From assembly GCA_945872855.1 (NCBI GenBank), contig CAMCAW010000003.1:7140-71139 (forward strand): 64,000 bases of DNA, read 5' to 3'. The stretch is from Rickettsia typhi (GTDB taxonomy: Bacteria > Pseudomonadota > Alphaproteobacteria > Rickettsiales > UBA1997). The notes under the pieces are model-generated. The model was not told the DNA's origin. It saw only the letters and a list, made by a program, of their open reading frames with translations, and did no database searches. This document shows positions 8,721 through 19,299 of this stretch, piece after piece. A program made the position numbers and the translations under genes. The first letter of the stretch is position 1. Every line of letters begins with the position of its first letter.

Positions 8721-9476
8721 CTACAGGCGCACAGGTAAATTCTGCTCCGCCAAAAACTCTTTCGCTTGCTTTATTGAAAATTCTTTGAAGTGAAAAATAG
8801 ACGCTGCCAAAACAGCATTAGCGCCAGCTTTTAAGCCATCTGCAAGATGCTCTAACTTTCCTGCTCCACCAGATGCAATAAGTGGAATTGTAAGTTGTGA
8901 AGTGAATTTTTTGAGCAATTCTAAATCATATCCAGCCTTGGTGCCGTCTTGATCCATAGCGGTTAACAAAATTTCTCCTGCGCCTAATTTTTGCGCTTCT
9001 AATGCCCATGAAAGTGCGTCAATTCCTGTGGCGTTTTTTCCACCATGAGTAAAAACTTCGTATTTTTCGCTAGAATTTTTCTTAACATCAATTGCTACCA
9101 CAACGCATTGCGCCCCGAATTTATTGGCCGCGTCACTAATGAGCTGCGGATTTTTTATCGCCGCACTATTAACAGAAATTTTATCTGCACCGCAAAGCAA
9201 GAGTTGCTGAAAATCGCTTATTTCTCTAACACCACCACCAACCGTAAGCGGAATAAAGCACACTGTTGCAACTTTTTTTATCACATCAAGAATAAGAGGG
9301 TGATTTTCTGAGGATGCAGTGATATCTAAGAAGCACAGCTCATCGGCTCCTTCTTCATAATAGAATTGAGCTTGCTTTGCGGGGTCGCCAGCATCAACCA
9401 AATTTTCAAAATTCACGCCTTTTACAACGCGGCCATTTTTAACATCGAGGCAGGGAATTATACGATTTTTTAACAT
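8721..9476 (-). CDS. hisF: Imidazole glycerol phosphate synthase cyclase subunit.
   Basis: N-terminus [21 protein letters not shown], plus the [11 protein letters not shown] and IASGGAG motifs. Confidence 0.9.
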   Translation of the reverse strand: MLKNRIIPCLDVKNGRVVKGVNFENLVDAGDPAKQAQFYYEEGADELCFLDITASSENHPLILDVIKKVATVCFIPLTVGGGVREISDFQQLLLCGADKISVNSAAIKNPQLISDAANKFGAQCVVVAIDVKKNSSEKYEVFTHGGKNATGIDALSWALEAQKLGAGEILLTAMDQDGTKAGYDLELLKKFTSQLTIPLIASGGAGKLEHLADGLKAGANAVLAASIFHFKEFSIKQAKEFLAEQNLPVRL

Positions 9477-10006
9477 TAGAACATCCTTTTCAAAACATCA
9501 TTTTCAGGCTTGTCGAAGAATCTGTGCTTCAATGCGCCCGCAACATGTAATGCAATTGCGCCTATGAGCGCGTAGGCTGTATATTTATGGGCCATTGCAA
9601 AATATCCTCCAATTTCAGGCTGCGCCGCAACTAAATTTGGCATTTGAATTGTAAAAAAATGCACAGGAAATCCATAAATGTTAGACATTAAATATCCAGA
9701 AAGCGGGACCAAAATCATTAAAGCATAAAGCGCAAAATGAACCGCGTGAGAAGTAAATTTTTCGATTGCTGGCAAACCTTGTGGAAGCTCTGGGGCAGGG
9801 TGTGCAAAGCGGTTTATGATTCTAACAAAAACCAAAATTAAAATCATTACCCCAAGAGACTTGTGGAGATCGTAAATTTGAAACTTATTAGCAGAATCGC
9901 TTGGCATAAAATCGGCCATATAAATGCCAAGAGCAAGCATTCCTATAACTAGCAAAGCCATAAGCGCGTGAAGAATTCTTGATGAAAGGTGGTATTTTAT
10001 TGTCAT
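9476..10006 (-). CDS. Cytochrome b561 family membrane protein.
   Basis: There are four hydrophobic helices and conserved His positions ([26 protein letters not shown]). Its stop overlaps the hisF start (TAATG). Confidence 0.7.
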   Translation of the reverse strand: MTIKYHLSSRILHALMALLVIGMLALGIYMADFMPSDSANKFQIYDLHKSLGVMILILVFVRIINRFAHPAPELPQGLPAIEKFTSHAVHFALYALMILVPLSGYLMSNIYGFPVHFFTIQMPNLVAAQPEIGGYFAMAHKYTAYALIGAIALHVAGALKHRFFDKPENDVLKRMF

Positions 10007-10065
10007 AGAATATTTTAATTTAAACCTGTGAAGCGTCCCTTATGTAAGGCCGCCCACAATAAGAA

Positions 10066-12612
10066 TTATAATGAACGTTTTTGTTCAACAACTTCATAGC
10101 ATTCAATAATATCACCTTCTTTGATATCATCAAAATTTTCAATTGAGAAGCCGCATTCAAATCCGCTTTTTACTTCTTTAGCATCTTCTTTGAAGCGTTT
10201 TAAAGTTTTTAGAATTCCGTCATGAACAACAACGTTATCGCGCAATAAGCGAACTTTAGCGTTACGCTTAATGACGCCGTCCGTAACCGAAGCGCCCGCA
10301 ATTTTGCCAGAGCTAGAAATTTTGAAAACTTGGCGAATTTCAGCTTTGCCTAAATATTCTTCATTTTGTGTTGGTTCTAACATGCCAGAAAGCAGCAATT
10401 TCAAGTCATCAACGATGTTGTAAATGATTGAATAATAGCGAACATCAACGTTTTTTGCCTTAGCAAGTTCTATCGCTGCAGAATTGCCGCGAACGTTGAA
10501 ACCAATAATGATAGCGCCAGAAACCGCAGCAAGGTTAACGTCGCTTTCAGTGATGCCGCCAGCGGCTTGGTGAATAACTTTGATCGCCACTTCATCAGTG
10601 TTTAATTTTATAACAGCGCCACAAATTGCCTCAACCGAGCCGTGAACATCAGCCTTAAGAATGATGTTAAGATTTTTGATGCGACCCTTTCCAGATTCGC
10701 GGAAGATATCGCCAATTGAGCGCGCGGCATTTTTCATCGATTTTTCTTCTCGTTCTTTTCTTTCGCGATAAAGAATAATTTCGCGCGCATGTTTTTCTTC
10801 ATCAACTTCGAAGAATTTATCGCCCGCATTTGGCGCTTGATTTAAGCCGAGAATCTCGACAGGGATTGATGGCGTAGCAATTTTAATATTCTTGCCATTA
10901 TCATCAGACATTTTGCGTACGCGGCCAAATGAAGTGCCAACAACAATAAGATCGCCAATATTTAGCGAGCCTTTTTGCACCAACAAAGAAACCACAACAC
11001 CTTTCGATTGATCAATTTTAGATTCAATTACAACGCCAGAAGCCTTACCTTCGTATGGCGCTCTTAAATCAAGAACTTCTGCTTGTAGTAAAATTGCTTC
11101 TTCAAGTTTGTCAAGATTTAGTTTTTGTTTTGCAGAAACCGAAATAAACATTACATCGCCACCTAAATCTTCGGAAATAATTTCGTGAGAGAGGAGCTCG
11201 TGCTTAACGCGCTCAGGGTCTGCACCGGGTTTATCGATTTTATTCACGGCAACAATGATTGGAACTTTTGCCGCTTTCGCATGGCTAATCGCTTCAACTG
11301 TTTGCTCTTTAACACCATCATCTGCCGCAACAACCAGCACCACAATATCGGTTACGTTAGCACCACGTGAACGCATCTCTGTAAAGGCTTCGTGGCCGGG
11401 AGTATCTAAGAAAGTGATAAATTTTCCGCCAGAAGTTTTGATGCGTGAAGCGCCAATATGCTGCGTAATTCCACCAGATTCACCATCGACAACTTTAGTT
11501 GTGCGAATTGCATCAAGCAAGGAAGTTTTGCCGTGATCAACGTGTCCCATGATGGTAACAACGGGTGCGCGCGGTGTTTTTTCTAGATCAGAATCATCTT
11601 CACCACCTAATACGCTTTCAACATCGGAATGCGAAACGCGTTTAGCAATATGGCCAAATTCAGAAATAATAAGCTCGGCAGTATCAGCATCAATAACTTG
11701 ATTCGATGTAGCAACCATGCCCATCGAGAACAATTTTTTAACTACATCGCCAGTTTTTTCAGCCATGCGATCAGATAAATCGGCAACGGTGATAAGTTCT
11801 GGCAAATCAACTTCATGAATAATTTTTTTATATTCTTTTGGCTGCTGCTGAACATGCTGATCGCGTGATTTTTTTCTTCTACGAAAGCCGCGGCCATCGT
11901 CAGAATCTTCATCTATGATATAAGTTAATTTGCGTGTATTAACTTTATTGTCTTTAAAAGTGTCTTTAAAAGCGGGTTTTTTCTTTTGATTAGCGCTATC
12001 AAAATCATCGGTAAATTTTTTGCTTTTGGCGCGTGCTTCTTTTTCTTTTTCAAGCTTTTCGCTTTCTTGTTTGCGGCGTTCTTCTAGCAATTTTTCGCGT
12101 TCAGCTTTTTGGCGATTTGAAAGTTCTAGGCTTTGTTGAATTTTATCGCGAACGTTGAAGGCGTCTATCTCGCGAGGCTTCTGAGCTTCTTTGATAGGAA
12201 GTTTTATTTCTTCAACAATTTCTGGCGTTTCGGCAGCTTCTTTTTCCTCAACTTCAGTTTCAATTTCGTCGCTAACGACTATTTTTTCTTCAGCCTCTTT
12301 AGCTTGTTGCTGCGCAGTGATTTTGGTGAGTTTATCAAGCACGTTGTGATTGTCGTCAACGCTTGCAGCAGCGGTGTTAGAGATGGCTTTCATTCTAGCC
12401 TCAAACTCGCTTTTGCTAAGGCCTTGATGCAAAGCCGAATCTGATGCGGTTGAAGATTTTCTGCCTTTAATTGTAACCTGAACCGCGGTAGAGCTTCTTT
12501 TTTCGGCAACCTTTGGCGCAGCAGGCTTGGTTGCATCTAGGGTTATTTTTGGACTAAGCTTTAGAGTAAGCTTTGAGCGCGAGGCTGTAGAGTTTTCTGT
12601 CGTTTCGGTCAT
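10066..12612 (-). CDS. infB: Translation initiation factor IF-2.
   Basis: GTPase motifs [17 protein letters not shown] and NKID are present, with a Lys/Glu-rich N-terminal region. Length is 848 aa. Confidence 0.95.
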   Translation of the reverse strand: MTETTENSTASRSKLTLKLSPKITLDATKPAAPKVAEKRSSTAVQVTIKGRKSSTASDSALHQGLSKSEFEARMKAISNTAAASVDDNHNVLDKLTKITAQQQAKEAEEKIVVSDEIETEVEEKEAAETPEIVEEIKLPIKEAQKPREIDAFNVRDKIQQSLELSNRQKAEREKLLEERRKQESEKLEKEKEARAKSKKFTDDFDSANQKKKPAFKDTFKDNKVNTRKLTYIIDEDSDDGRGFRRRKKSRDQHVQQQPKEYKKIIHEVDLPELITVADLSDRMAEKTGDVVKKLFSMGMVATSNQVIDADTAELIISEFGHIAKRVSHSDVESVLGGEDDSDLEKTPRAPVVTIMGHVDHGKTSLLDAIRTTKVVDGESGGITQHIGASRIKTSGGKFITFLDTPGHEAFTEMRSRGANVTDIVVLVVAADDGVKEQTVEAISHAKAAKVPIIVAVNKIDKPGADPERVKHELLSHEIISEDLGGDVMFISVSAKQKLNLDKLEEAILLQAEVLDLRAPYEGKASGVVIESKIDQSKGVVVSLLVQKGSLNIGDLIVVGTSFGRVRKMSDDNGKNIKIATPSIPVEILGLNQAPNAGDKFFEVDEEKHAREIILYRERKEREEKSMKNAARSIGDIFRESGKGRIKNLNIILKADVHGSVEAICGAVIKLNTDEVAIKVIHQAAGGITESDVNLAAVSGAIIIGFNVRGNSAAIELAKAKNVDVRYYSIIYNIVDDLKLLLSGMLEPTQNEEYLGKAEIRQVFKISSSGKIAGASVTDGVIKRNAKVRLLRDNVVVHDGILKTLKRFKEDAKEVKSGFECGFSIENFDDIKEGDIIECYEVVEQKRSL

Positions 12613-12728
12613 TGAAGAAACTTTAATTTTTTAAATTCTGAATCCAGAATTTATATGATAATTACGAAAAGCGGCAATTATTAAAGCCGCTAAGCTAAAG
12701 AAATGCTATATCAACAAGTTGATAATGC

Positions 12729-14015
12729 TTAAGCTATTTTTTGCAAATATTCCTCAGCTCTTTTCTTGATTTCTTTCGCTACATCTTCATCAAATCCTTC
12801 GATTGATCCGATTTCGCTAATCTCTGCCGAAGCAAGATCTTCAACGCTCAAGAAGCCTTCAGAAGCAAGAAGATTCGCAATCATGTCTTCCACATCAAGC
12901 GCTTCAACAAACAATTTAGAAGCTTGATTGAATTCAGTTGTGCGACGAGTTGATTCTTCTTCTTCGGTGATTACATCGATTTTGTAGCCGACTAATTTCG
13001 AAGCAAGTTTAACGTTTTGTCCGCCACGGCCAATCGCAAGGCTAAGTTGATTTTCTGCAACCACAACTTCAATGAGGTTATTTTCTTCGTCAACGATAAC
13101 CTTGTTAACCTTTGCTGGAGTAAGGCCATTGATGATAAATTCAGCAATATTTGGTGACCATTTGATAATATCGATTTTTTCACCACGTAATTCGGCACTA
13201 ACAGCTTGAACGCGGCTACCTCTAATTCCAATAAACGAACCGATAATATCGATATCGTCGCGGCGAGAATAAATCGCGATTTTCGCGCGCGAACCAGCAT
13301 CTCGAACAACAGACTTAACTTCAATATTGCCTTCGTAAAGCTCTGGAACTTCTTGCTCAAACAACTTAACCAAAAATTGTGGATGCGTGCGTGACAAGAA
13401 AATTTGCGCGCCAAACGGTTCTTTTTTAACGTCTTCGATATAAACGCGAACTCGATCGCCAACTCTTAAAGTTTCTTTCAAGATCAATCCGCTTTCATGA
13501 ATTACAGCTTCATAACCTTCAACTTCCATGACGATATTTTTCAAGCCAACCTTCTTAACCGAAGCGCTGACGATATCGCCAACGCGATCTTTGAATTCGT
13601 TATATTCTTTATTTTTCTCAGCTTCTTTAACTTTTTTGATGATCTCGTTGCGCGCAACTTGAGCAACGATGCGGTTTAGATCGATTGGGGGAAGTTCTTG
13701 TTTAACTTCATCGCCAATTTTAATTGTAGGATTTTTTTGCTTCGCATGAGCCAAAGTGATGTGCAATTTTGGATCGAAATCTTCCGTGTCATTTTCGACA
13801 ACTTTTAGCGAATTGAACAATTTGATTTGTCCAGATTTTTTATCAATTGTGCATTCGATTGATAAATTATGGCCGTATTTTTTCTTCGCAGCAGCCTTGA
13901 TGCCTTCTTCCATTGCATGAACAATTTCTTGCAGAGAAATGCCTTTTTCATGGGCGATATTTTCGGCAACTAAAAGTATTTCTTTATTTCCCATTACGGT
14001 CAAATTGCTAGCCAT
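12729..14015 (-). CDS. nusA: Transcription termination/antitermination factor NusA.
   Basis: It has an S1/KH architecture with AIGRGGQNVKLASKL. It lies directly upstream of infB. Confidence 0.9.
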   Translation of the reverse strand: MASNLTVMGNKEILLVAENIAHEKGISLQEIVHAMEEGIKAAAKKKYGHNLSIECTIDKKSGQIKLFNSLKVVENDTEDFDPKLHITLAHAKQKNPTIKIGDEVKQELPPIDLNRIVAQVARNEIIKKVKEAEKNKEYNEFKDRVGDIVSASVKKVGLKNIVMEVEGYEAVIHESGLILKETLRVGDRVRVYIEDVKKEPFGAQIFLSRTHPQFLVKLFEQEVPELYEGNIEVKSVVRDAGSRAKIAIYSRRDDIDIIGSFIGIRGSRVQAVSAELRGEKIDIIKWSPNIAEFIINGLTPAKVNKVIVDEENNLIEVVVAENQLSLAIGRGGQNVKLASKLVGYKIDVITEEEESTRRTTEFNQASKLFVEALDVEDMIANLLASEGFLSVEDLASAEISEIGSIEGFDEDVAKEIKKRAEEYLQKIA

Positions 14016-14133
14016 CGGTAAAATTTTTATTGTTAATAATTACTCACGATCATTGGTTTTCAAAGCGACTTCAACTTGAATTTATAGATTATTTTTTAAG
14101 GAGAGATCAGCTTTGTGAGAGTGATGATTTAGG

Positions 14134-14161
14134 ATTGTAGAGCGCATAGTTTTTAAATCAA
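14134..14161 (-). promoter_or_regulatory. Candidate sigma70-type promoter for nusA-infB.
   Basis: The minus strand reads TTGATT, a 16-nt spacer, then TACAAT, about 115 nt upstream of the nusA start. Confidence 0.35.
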
Positions 14162-14197
14162 TAGGTTTGTTTTGTGGTGTTTTAAAATGAATTTTTT

Positions 14198-14497
14198 CTA
14201 CAGAGGCAAGTTATCGCTTTCGCTTTTTGACACTTTTATTTTGCGATGACTTTTCCAGTTAGTGACGGTGTTTTTGATGATATTTCGTGAAAGCAAAAGC
14301 AGGCCAAGCGCAAGACCGAGTAAGAAGCAAGAGATCATCATTACAAATACTCGCGTTTCAATTGTGAAAGGCAGCGGAAAGATATGAATGGTGATTTGCT
14401 CGCGATTACTCACCATAAAAGTGATGATAAAAATTAGCGCAAGGCCTATGATGACTAGCTTGGCGGTATGTAGGGTGGACTTGATTATTTTAAACAT
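14198..14497 (-). CDS. Small two-TM inner-membrane protein, LapA/DUF1049-like.
   Basis: A 99-aa protein with two hydrophobic helices and a basic tail. The assignment rests on size and topology only. Confidence 0.4.
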   Translation of the reverse strand: MFKIIKSTLHTAKLVIIGLALIFIITFMVSNREQITIHIFPLPFTIETRVFVMMISCFLLGLALGLLLLSRNIIKNTVTNWKSHRKIKVSKSESDNLPL

Positions 14498-14500
14498 AAT

Positions 14501-15391
14501 TTAATCTTTAGATTGTTTTATTAAAAATTCTAACAATTTGTTGTTAATTTCGGCTTTATGATGAAACCAGCTTTCAAAGCCAATAGCGGCTTGAAAGGCC
14601 AGCATTCCTATTCCTGTAACGATTTTGTTTCCCTGTTTTTCAGCGTTTTTTAGAAGTTCGGTCATTAATGGCTTGTAAACAATATCATAGACAATCGCCG
14701 ATTTTTGCAAGTTTTTTAAATCTAGTTGCAGCGAGTGCTGGTTGATCATGCCGAGCGAGGTTGAGTTTATTAACAGGTCGCAATTTGAGAGGTTTTCTTG
14801 AAAAGAATTTTTATCGAGAAATTTTAAATTTGTGTTGAATAATTTACGGTAATCTTTGCGCTGTTCATAAAGCTCAGAATAAATTAAATCGAATTTATCT
14901 TTTGTGCGATTTGTAACAAAAATATTTTGAACTTTAGCATCTTCAAATAGGCCGTGGATTATTGCCCTTGCTGCTCCGCCAGCGCCAATAATAAAAGCGC
15001 TCTTTCCTTTAAAATCGATGTTTGGATGTGCTGATTTAAGATTATTTAAAAAACCCTCGCAATCAGAATTATGTCCATAAAGCGCGCCATTTTCTTTAAT
15101 TACAACTGTATTCACAGCCTTTGCAGCAAAGGCAGAGCGAGTTAGTTCTCCACCTTGTTTATTAATAAGCTGGAAGATTTTTTCTTTATGCGGAATTGTA
15201 ACGTTAAACCCAGAATATCCTTCTTGAATTAGCCATTTTACATTACTCTCAAGGTCTTCTGCCTTAACTTGCAGCGCTTCATAACTGCCGCTAATTTTAT
15301 ATTTTTCTAGCCAAAAATTATGCAATTTAGGCGAGAGCGAATGACTAATTGGATCGCCGATTACCGCGGCTTTTAAGATTATTTTTGACAC
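14501..15391 (-). CDS. aroE: Shikimate dehydrogenase.
   Basis: Motifs VIGDPISHSLSP.LHN, NVTIPHK and GAGGAARA are present. Confidence 0.85.
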   Translation of the reverse strand: MSKIILKAAVIGDPISHSLSPKLHNFWLEKYKISGSYEALQVKAEDLESNVKWLIQEGYSGFNVTIPHKEKIFQLINKQGGELTRSAFAAKAVNTVVIKENGALYGHNSDCEGFLNNLKSAHPNIDFKGKSAFIIGAGGAARAIIHGLFEDAKVQNIFVTNRTKDKFDLIYSELYEQRKDYRKLFNTNLKFLDKNSFQENLSNCDLLINSTSLGMINQHSLQLDLKNLQKSAIVYDIVYKPLMTELLKNAEKQGNKIVTGIGMLAFQAAIGFESWFHHKAEINNKLLEFLIKQSKD

Positions 15392-15422
15392 TTTACAATT
15401 CTTCGATTATAAAAAATATTTA

Positions 15423-17321
15423 CTAACTTTCATCAGTTTTGCCCTCAATCACGCCAAGCACTTGGCCTCCATCATTATCGCTTGCGCCATCTTCAGAAGA
15501 AGATCCAACTTTGCCCTCTTGCGAAGGAGGGGAGTTTTTAGTGTCGTCACCGCCTTTTTTGCCAGTATGATTTGGCATATAAGGAATTTGATGCGGAATA
15601 TCGATCTTTGGAAGTAATCGACTAGTGAAAAGTCTCTCTTTAAAATAGATAATTTTTTTGCATCTGATTGGTGGCTGCGACTCGATTAAAATAATTTCAT
15701 CGGCGCGATCAAGTTGGATAACCTCTTGCGGCAGTAAGAGTGCGCGCTGCGTTCCAGAAACGTGTAACGAACGTGCGCCGGGGTTTAAATCTAAATATTT
15801 TGGCTTGTTATAAGAAACTTGTTCAGCAGTTTTGTTGCCTAATAATTGCGAAATTAAATTGGCCGTTTCCATGTTGTTTGCCGAGAAAGTGATGCGGAAA
15901 GTAGAGTTAGAAAGGAATGAGTTCATGCCGCTTTCTTCGTAAATTCCTTTAAGTTGCTCGGTATCTTGAATGATAAGGAAAAGCCGCACGCGATAACCGC
16001 GGAAGTATGCAATACCTGCTTGAAACTGCTCCATCTTGCCAAGAGTAGGAAACTCGTCCATTAGCATTAACACGCCAAATTTTTCATGTTTTTGTGGCAT
16101 TTTTGAAGTGAAAAACGCGGCCGCTTGTTGATAAAACATATTCATCAAAGGCTTGAGACGACTGATGTTATCTGGTGTTAGGCCGATATAAGCAGTGTGC
16201 GGTTCGGTTTTAAATTTGTGCAAGTTGAAATCGGAGGTGGCAGTTGTAGTATCGATTAGTGGGTTGGCCCAAAGCTCTAGAGAAGAGTTGGCTGTAGAGG
16301 TTACAGAGCCGCGTTCTTTATCGGGTTTTTGCAGATAAGAGGCGATGTTCATGTATGAAACGGGGTGGATTTTTTTGCCCATAGTATCAAGCACAACCGC
16401 GAGGTTGTAGACCACGTCGTCGCTTCGCAGAGTGCGCACAACTTCGCCAAGAGTTGCGGGCTTAGATTCATCGGCCACCAAATAAAGCATGATTCCTGTA
16501 AGTAGTGCACGAGCTTCATTCTGCCAAAATTCTTGTTCAGGCAAAAGAAAGCTGGCGATTTTTTGCACGTCATCAACCATTTGACCGGGTTTCTTACTGA
16601 TCCAATCCATAGGGTTGTAGCAGTGAGACACGCCATCAGGATCGGCTGGATTCCACAAAAACACCTTTTGCTTCAAGTTTTTTTTGCGCCAGCCCGAAGT
16701 TAATTCATAGTTTTCGAGCTTAATATCATGCACAATTACCGAATCGCGCCAGAATAATAAATTGGGAATTACGAAGCCCACACCTTTACCAGAACCAGTT
16801 GGAGCGAATAGTAGTAAATGTTGATAGCCATCGGCAACGAGAAAATTGCCCTGATATTTTCCGAGCAAGAGGCCGTGTTTACTGCGCAAACCCATCTTTT
16901 TTATGTCGCGCATAACGGCCCATCGCGATTCACCAAATACTGATTCGGGCTTTTTAAAAGGGCGCCAATCCATGATCGGTGCACGAAAAATAAAACCGAT
17001 AACGAACAAGACAGAGTAGGGCAGAAGCGTGCTGATCAATAATTTTGTCGAGAAATGATTATAGCTATCGGCATTAATTTTGCTGTAATTTTTGATGTAA
17101 AATTCCCAATAAGTGGTGATGGTTTTGGCAAGATAGATAAATTGCTTGTCGATGGATAATTTTCCGTAGGCTTCAATTACTTTCCAACTGCCGCTGATAC
17201 TTACAATAACTAGGGTTCCCGTGATGTAAAAACAAAGCGCCAAAAGGAAGACGGCAATGAATGCCATGATGCCGAAGTTTCGTAGATTTCGTACTAATGG
17301 ACTATCTTGAGTTCCTGCCAT
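15423..17321 (-). CDS. virD4: Type IV secretion coupling protein VirD4/TraG family.
   Basis: It has N-terminal TM helices, the Walker A motif APTGSGKGVGFVIPNLL, LMLMDEFPTLG (Walker B-like) and an acidic C-terminal tail. Confidence 0.85.
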   Translation of the reverse strand: MAGTQDSPLVRNLRNFGIMAFIAVFLLALCFYITGTLVIVSISGSWKVIEAYGKLSIDKQFIYLAKTITTYWEFYIKNYSKINADSYNHFSTKLLISTLLPYSVLFVIGFIFRAPIMDWRPFKKPESVFGESRWAVMRDIKKMGLRSKHGLLLGKYQGNFLVADGYQHLLLFAPTGSGKGVGFVIPNLLFWRDSVIVHDIKLENYELTSGWRKKNLKQKVFLWNPADPDGVSHCYNPMDWISKKPGQMVDDVQKIASFLLPEQEFWQNEARALLTGIMLYLVADESKPATLGEVVRTLRSDDVVYNLAVVLDTMGKKIHPVSYMNIASYLQKPDKERGSVTSTANSSLELWANPLIDTTTATSDFNLHKFKTEPHTAYIGLTPDNISRLKPLMNMFYQQAAAFFTSKMPQKHEKFGVLMLMDEFPTLGKMEQFQAGIAYFRGYRVRLFLIIQDTEQLKGIYEESGMNSFLSNSTFRITFSANNMETANLISQLLGNKTAEQVSYNKPKYLDLNPGARSLHVSGTQRALLLPQEVIQLDRADEIILIESQPPIRCKKIIYFKERLFTSRLLPKIDIPHQIPYMPNHTGKKGGDDTKNSPPSQEGKVGSSSEDGASDNDGGQVLGVIEGKTDES

Positions 17322-17323
17322 GG

Positions 17324-19006
17324 TTAGTTTTGTTGTAAAATTTTTGCCGCTGCAAGCGCTTCACCAGTGATCTCTTCGCCAGAAATCATGCGCGCAATTT
17401 CATGAATTTTTTCTTCGGCGGATAATTTTTTAATCACAGTTTTTATTTTGTTACTATCTTGTATTTTATTGATTCGAAAATGTAAATCAGCTTTTGCCGC
17501 AATTTGCGCTTGATGAGTTACAACAAAAATTTGTAACTTCTGCGATAAAATTTTAAGGCGCTTTCCAACCGCGTCAGCTGTGCTTCCGCCAATTCCAGTA
17601 TCTATTTCATCAAAGATCATTGTTGGTGCAGATTTTATTTCCATCAGTGCAACTTTTAGTGCAAGCATAAAGCGCGAAAGCTCTCCACCAGAAGCGATTT
17701 TTGCAATATCGTCAAAATCATTTTTGTTGATCGAGGCGCAAAATTTAACTTTGTCATAACCGTTGGGGCTGTAGTCTTCTGCTTTGGTGAAATCTACGTG
17801 GAATTTTACATTTTCCATTTTCAAAAACTGCAATTCTTCCTCAACTTTTTTCGCTAATTTTAGCGCGGATTTTTTCCTTTTTTCGCTTAGTTGGTCTGCG
17901 ATATTTTGATATTGTAAAAATAATGCTTCGCGCTCTAAAGCTAGACTGTGCGCTGCTTCACTCTCATTTTCAAGGATGAATAATTTTTCTTGAGCATCAG
18001 AAATTATTTTTGGCAATTCGTTTATAGTAACGCTAAATTTGCGCGCCAAACTGCGAAGATGAAAAAGTCTTTCTTCAATTTCATCAAGATTTTCATCGCT
18101 GTTTTTTAGGCTTTTCTCTAGCGCTTCAATATCAGTGATAGAGCGGTCTAGCGAGCCATTTTGACGGTCAATTTCTTCATTTAATTTATCGAAATCTTCC
18201 TGTTTTTCTGATAAATAATTTGTGATAATATTTTGCCCGCGCAACAAAATTTTTTGCGCCTTCACTAAATTTGAATTCGACTCAAGTAAATTTGCCTTAA
18301 GATCGCTAACAAAATTTAATATTTTTTCTTTGCCAGTGAGCTGATCTTTTTTGGCAACTAAAATATCTTCTTCGCCCTCTTGAATATTGCTGTCTTCAAG
18401 CTCCTTGATGATATAAGAAAGGTAATCTTTTTCGCGCAAAGCCTGCGCTTTTTTTTCTGCAAATTCAGCTATTTTTTTATCGCAGTTTTTTAGTTCTTCA
18501 TAAACTTTTTTTATCTTGCCAAGCAATTCAGAATTGCTAGAAAATTCATCTAAGATAACACTGTGAAATGCTGGATTTAAAAGGCCGCGCTGATCATGTT
18601 GACCATGAATTTCAACAAGAGTTTCTCCAATTTCGGCAAGTAAATTCACGCCAATTACCTGATCATTCACATAAACTTTGCTGGAAGAATTTTCTTGTAT
18701 AAGCCTGCGGATCCGCAATTCGCTAGGGTTTTCGGCATCGAGCAAGTTGTGTTCTTGCAAAATATTGCGACAGATTTTGTTATCTGAAATATCGAACTCA
18801 GCGCTTACCGAGGCTTTATTTTCATGGCTTCCGATCAATCTTAAGTTAGAGCGAAAACCGATTGCCAAGCCAAAAGCATCAAGCAAAATCGATTTTCCTG
18901 AACCAGTTTCGCCCGTTAAAATGCAGAGGCCAACGGGTATTTCAGAAAAATTAATTTCAGCTTTATCGATTAAAACAATGTTTTGGATTGTTAGAGATTT
19001 AAGCAA
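17324..19006 (-). CDS. recN: DNA repair protein RecN.
   Basis: It has N-terminal GETGSGKSILLDA, a long coiled coil and the C-terminal SGGELSR signature. Confidence 0.9.
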   Translation of the reverse strand: MLKSLTIQNIVLIDKAEINFSEIPVGLCILTGETGSGKSILLDAFGLAIGFRSNLRLIGSHENKASVSAEFDISDNKICRNILQEHNLLDAENPSELRIRRLIQENSSSKVYVNDQVIGVNLLAEIGETLVEIHGQHDQRGLLNPAFHSVILDEFSSNSELLGKIKKVYEELKNCDKKIAEFAEKKAQALREKDYLSYIIKELEDSNIQEGEEDILVAKKDQLTGKEKILNFVSDLKANLLESNSNLVKAQKILLRGQNIITNYLSEKQEDFDKLNEEIDRQNGSLDRSITDIEALEKSLKNSDENLDEIEERLFHLRSLARKFSVTINELPKIISDAQEKLFILENESEAAHSLALEREALFLQYQNIADQLSEKRKKSALKLAKKVEEELQFLKMENVKFHVDFTKAEDYSPNGYDKVKFCASINKNDFDDIAKIASGGELSRFMLALKVALMEIKSAPTMIFDEIDTGIGGSTADAVGKRLKILSQKLQIFVVTHQAQIAAKADLHFRINKIQDSNKIKTVIKKLSAEEKIHEIARMISGEEITGEALAAAKILQQN

Positions 19007-19299
19007 GTTTTGGTTAAAAAAATTAGAGAGATTCTAAATAAAAAAGAACTTTATAAGATATTTCATTTTTGTAAATGATAACAAGGATTGGAATAATAAT
19101 TTTTTTGCATCAAGATTTTTTACTTGACAGATAAATTTTATAGCTCAGAATGACTCGCATCTTTGCCAAAATTTATAAAATGACAAAAAACAGAAGTTTT
19201 CACAACGCTGCGCTTATCACTCGAATGTAGGTTTACCTACTTATCATATCTTCCTGCCTCTTATTTTTTGTGTTTTTAACTTCTCTTTTTAAGAATTTT

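Noticed and set aside
12992-13462. A 156-aa minus-strand ORF lies in an alternative frame inside nusA. Similar antisense or shadow ORFs include 6468-7118 in leuB, 11185-11536 and 12133-12444 in infB, 35170-35528 and 36615-36974 in polA, 37766-38155 in tlyC, 50241-51131 in topA, 56609-57031 in mod and 58078-58950 in res.
   Set aside because: All are fully embedded in strongly supported genes. They have low-complexity or odd composition and no recognisable motifs. These are typical shadow frames of AT-rich coding DNA.
19007-19299. A riboswitch (cobalamin, SAM-II or SAM-V) might lie in the long region upstream of metF-metE.
   Set aside because: I could find no B12 box, no AAAGCU-type SAM-II/V signature and no extended conserved helices. 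Only a 5-bp hairpin (gtagg-ttta-cctac) and a TTGACA hexamer without a good -10 are present. An Infernal scan is needed to settle this.
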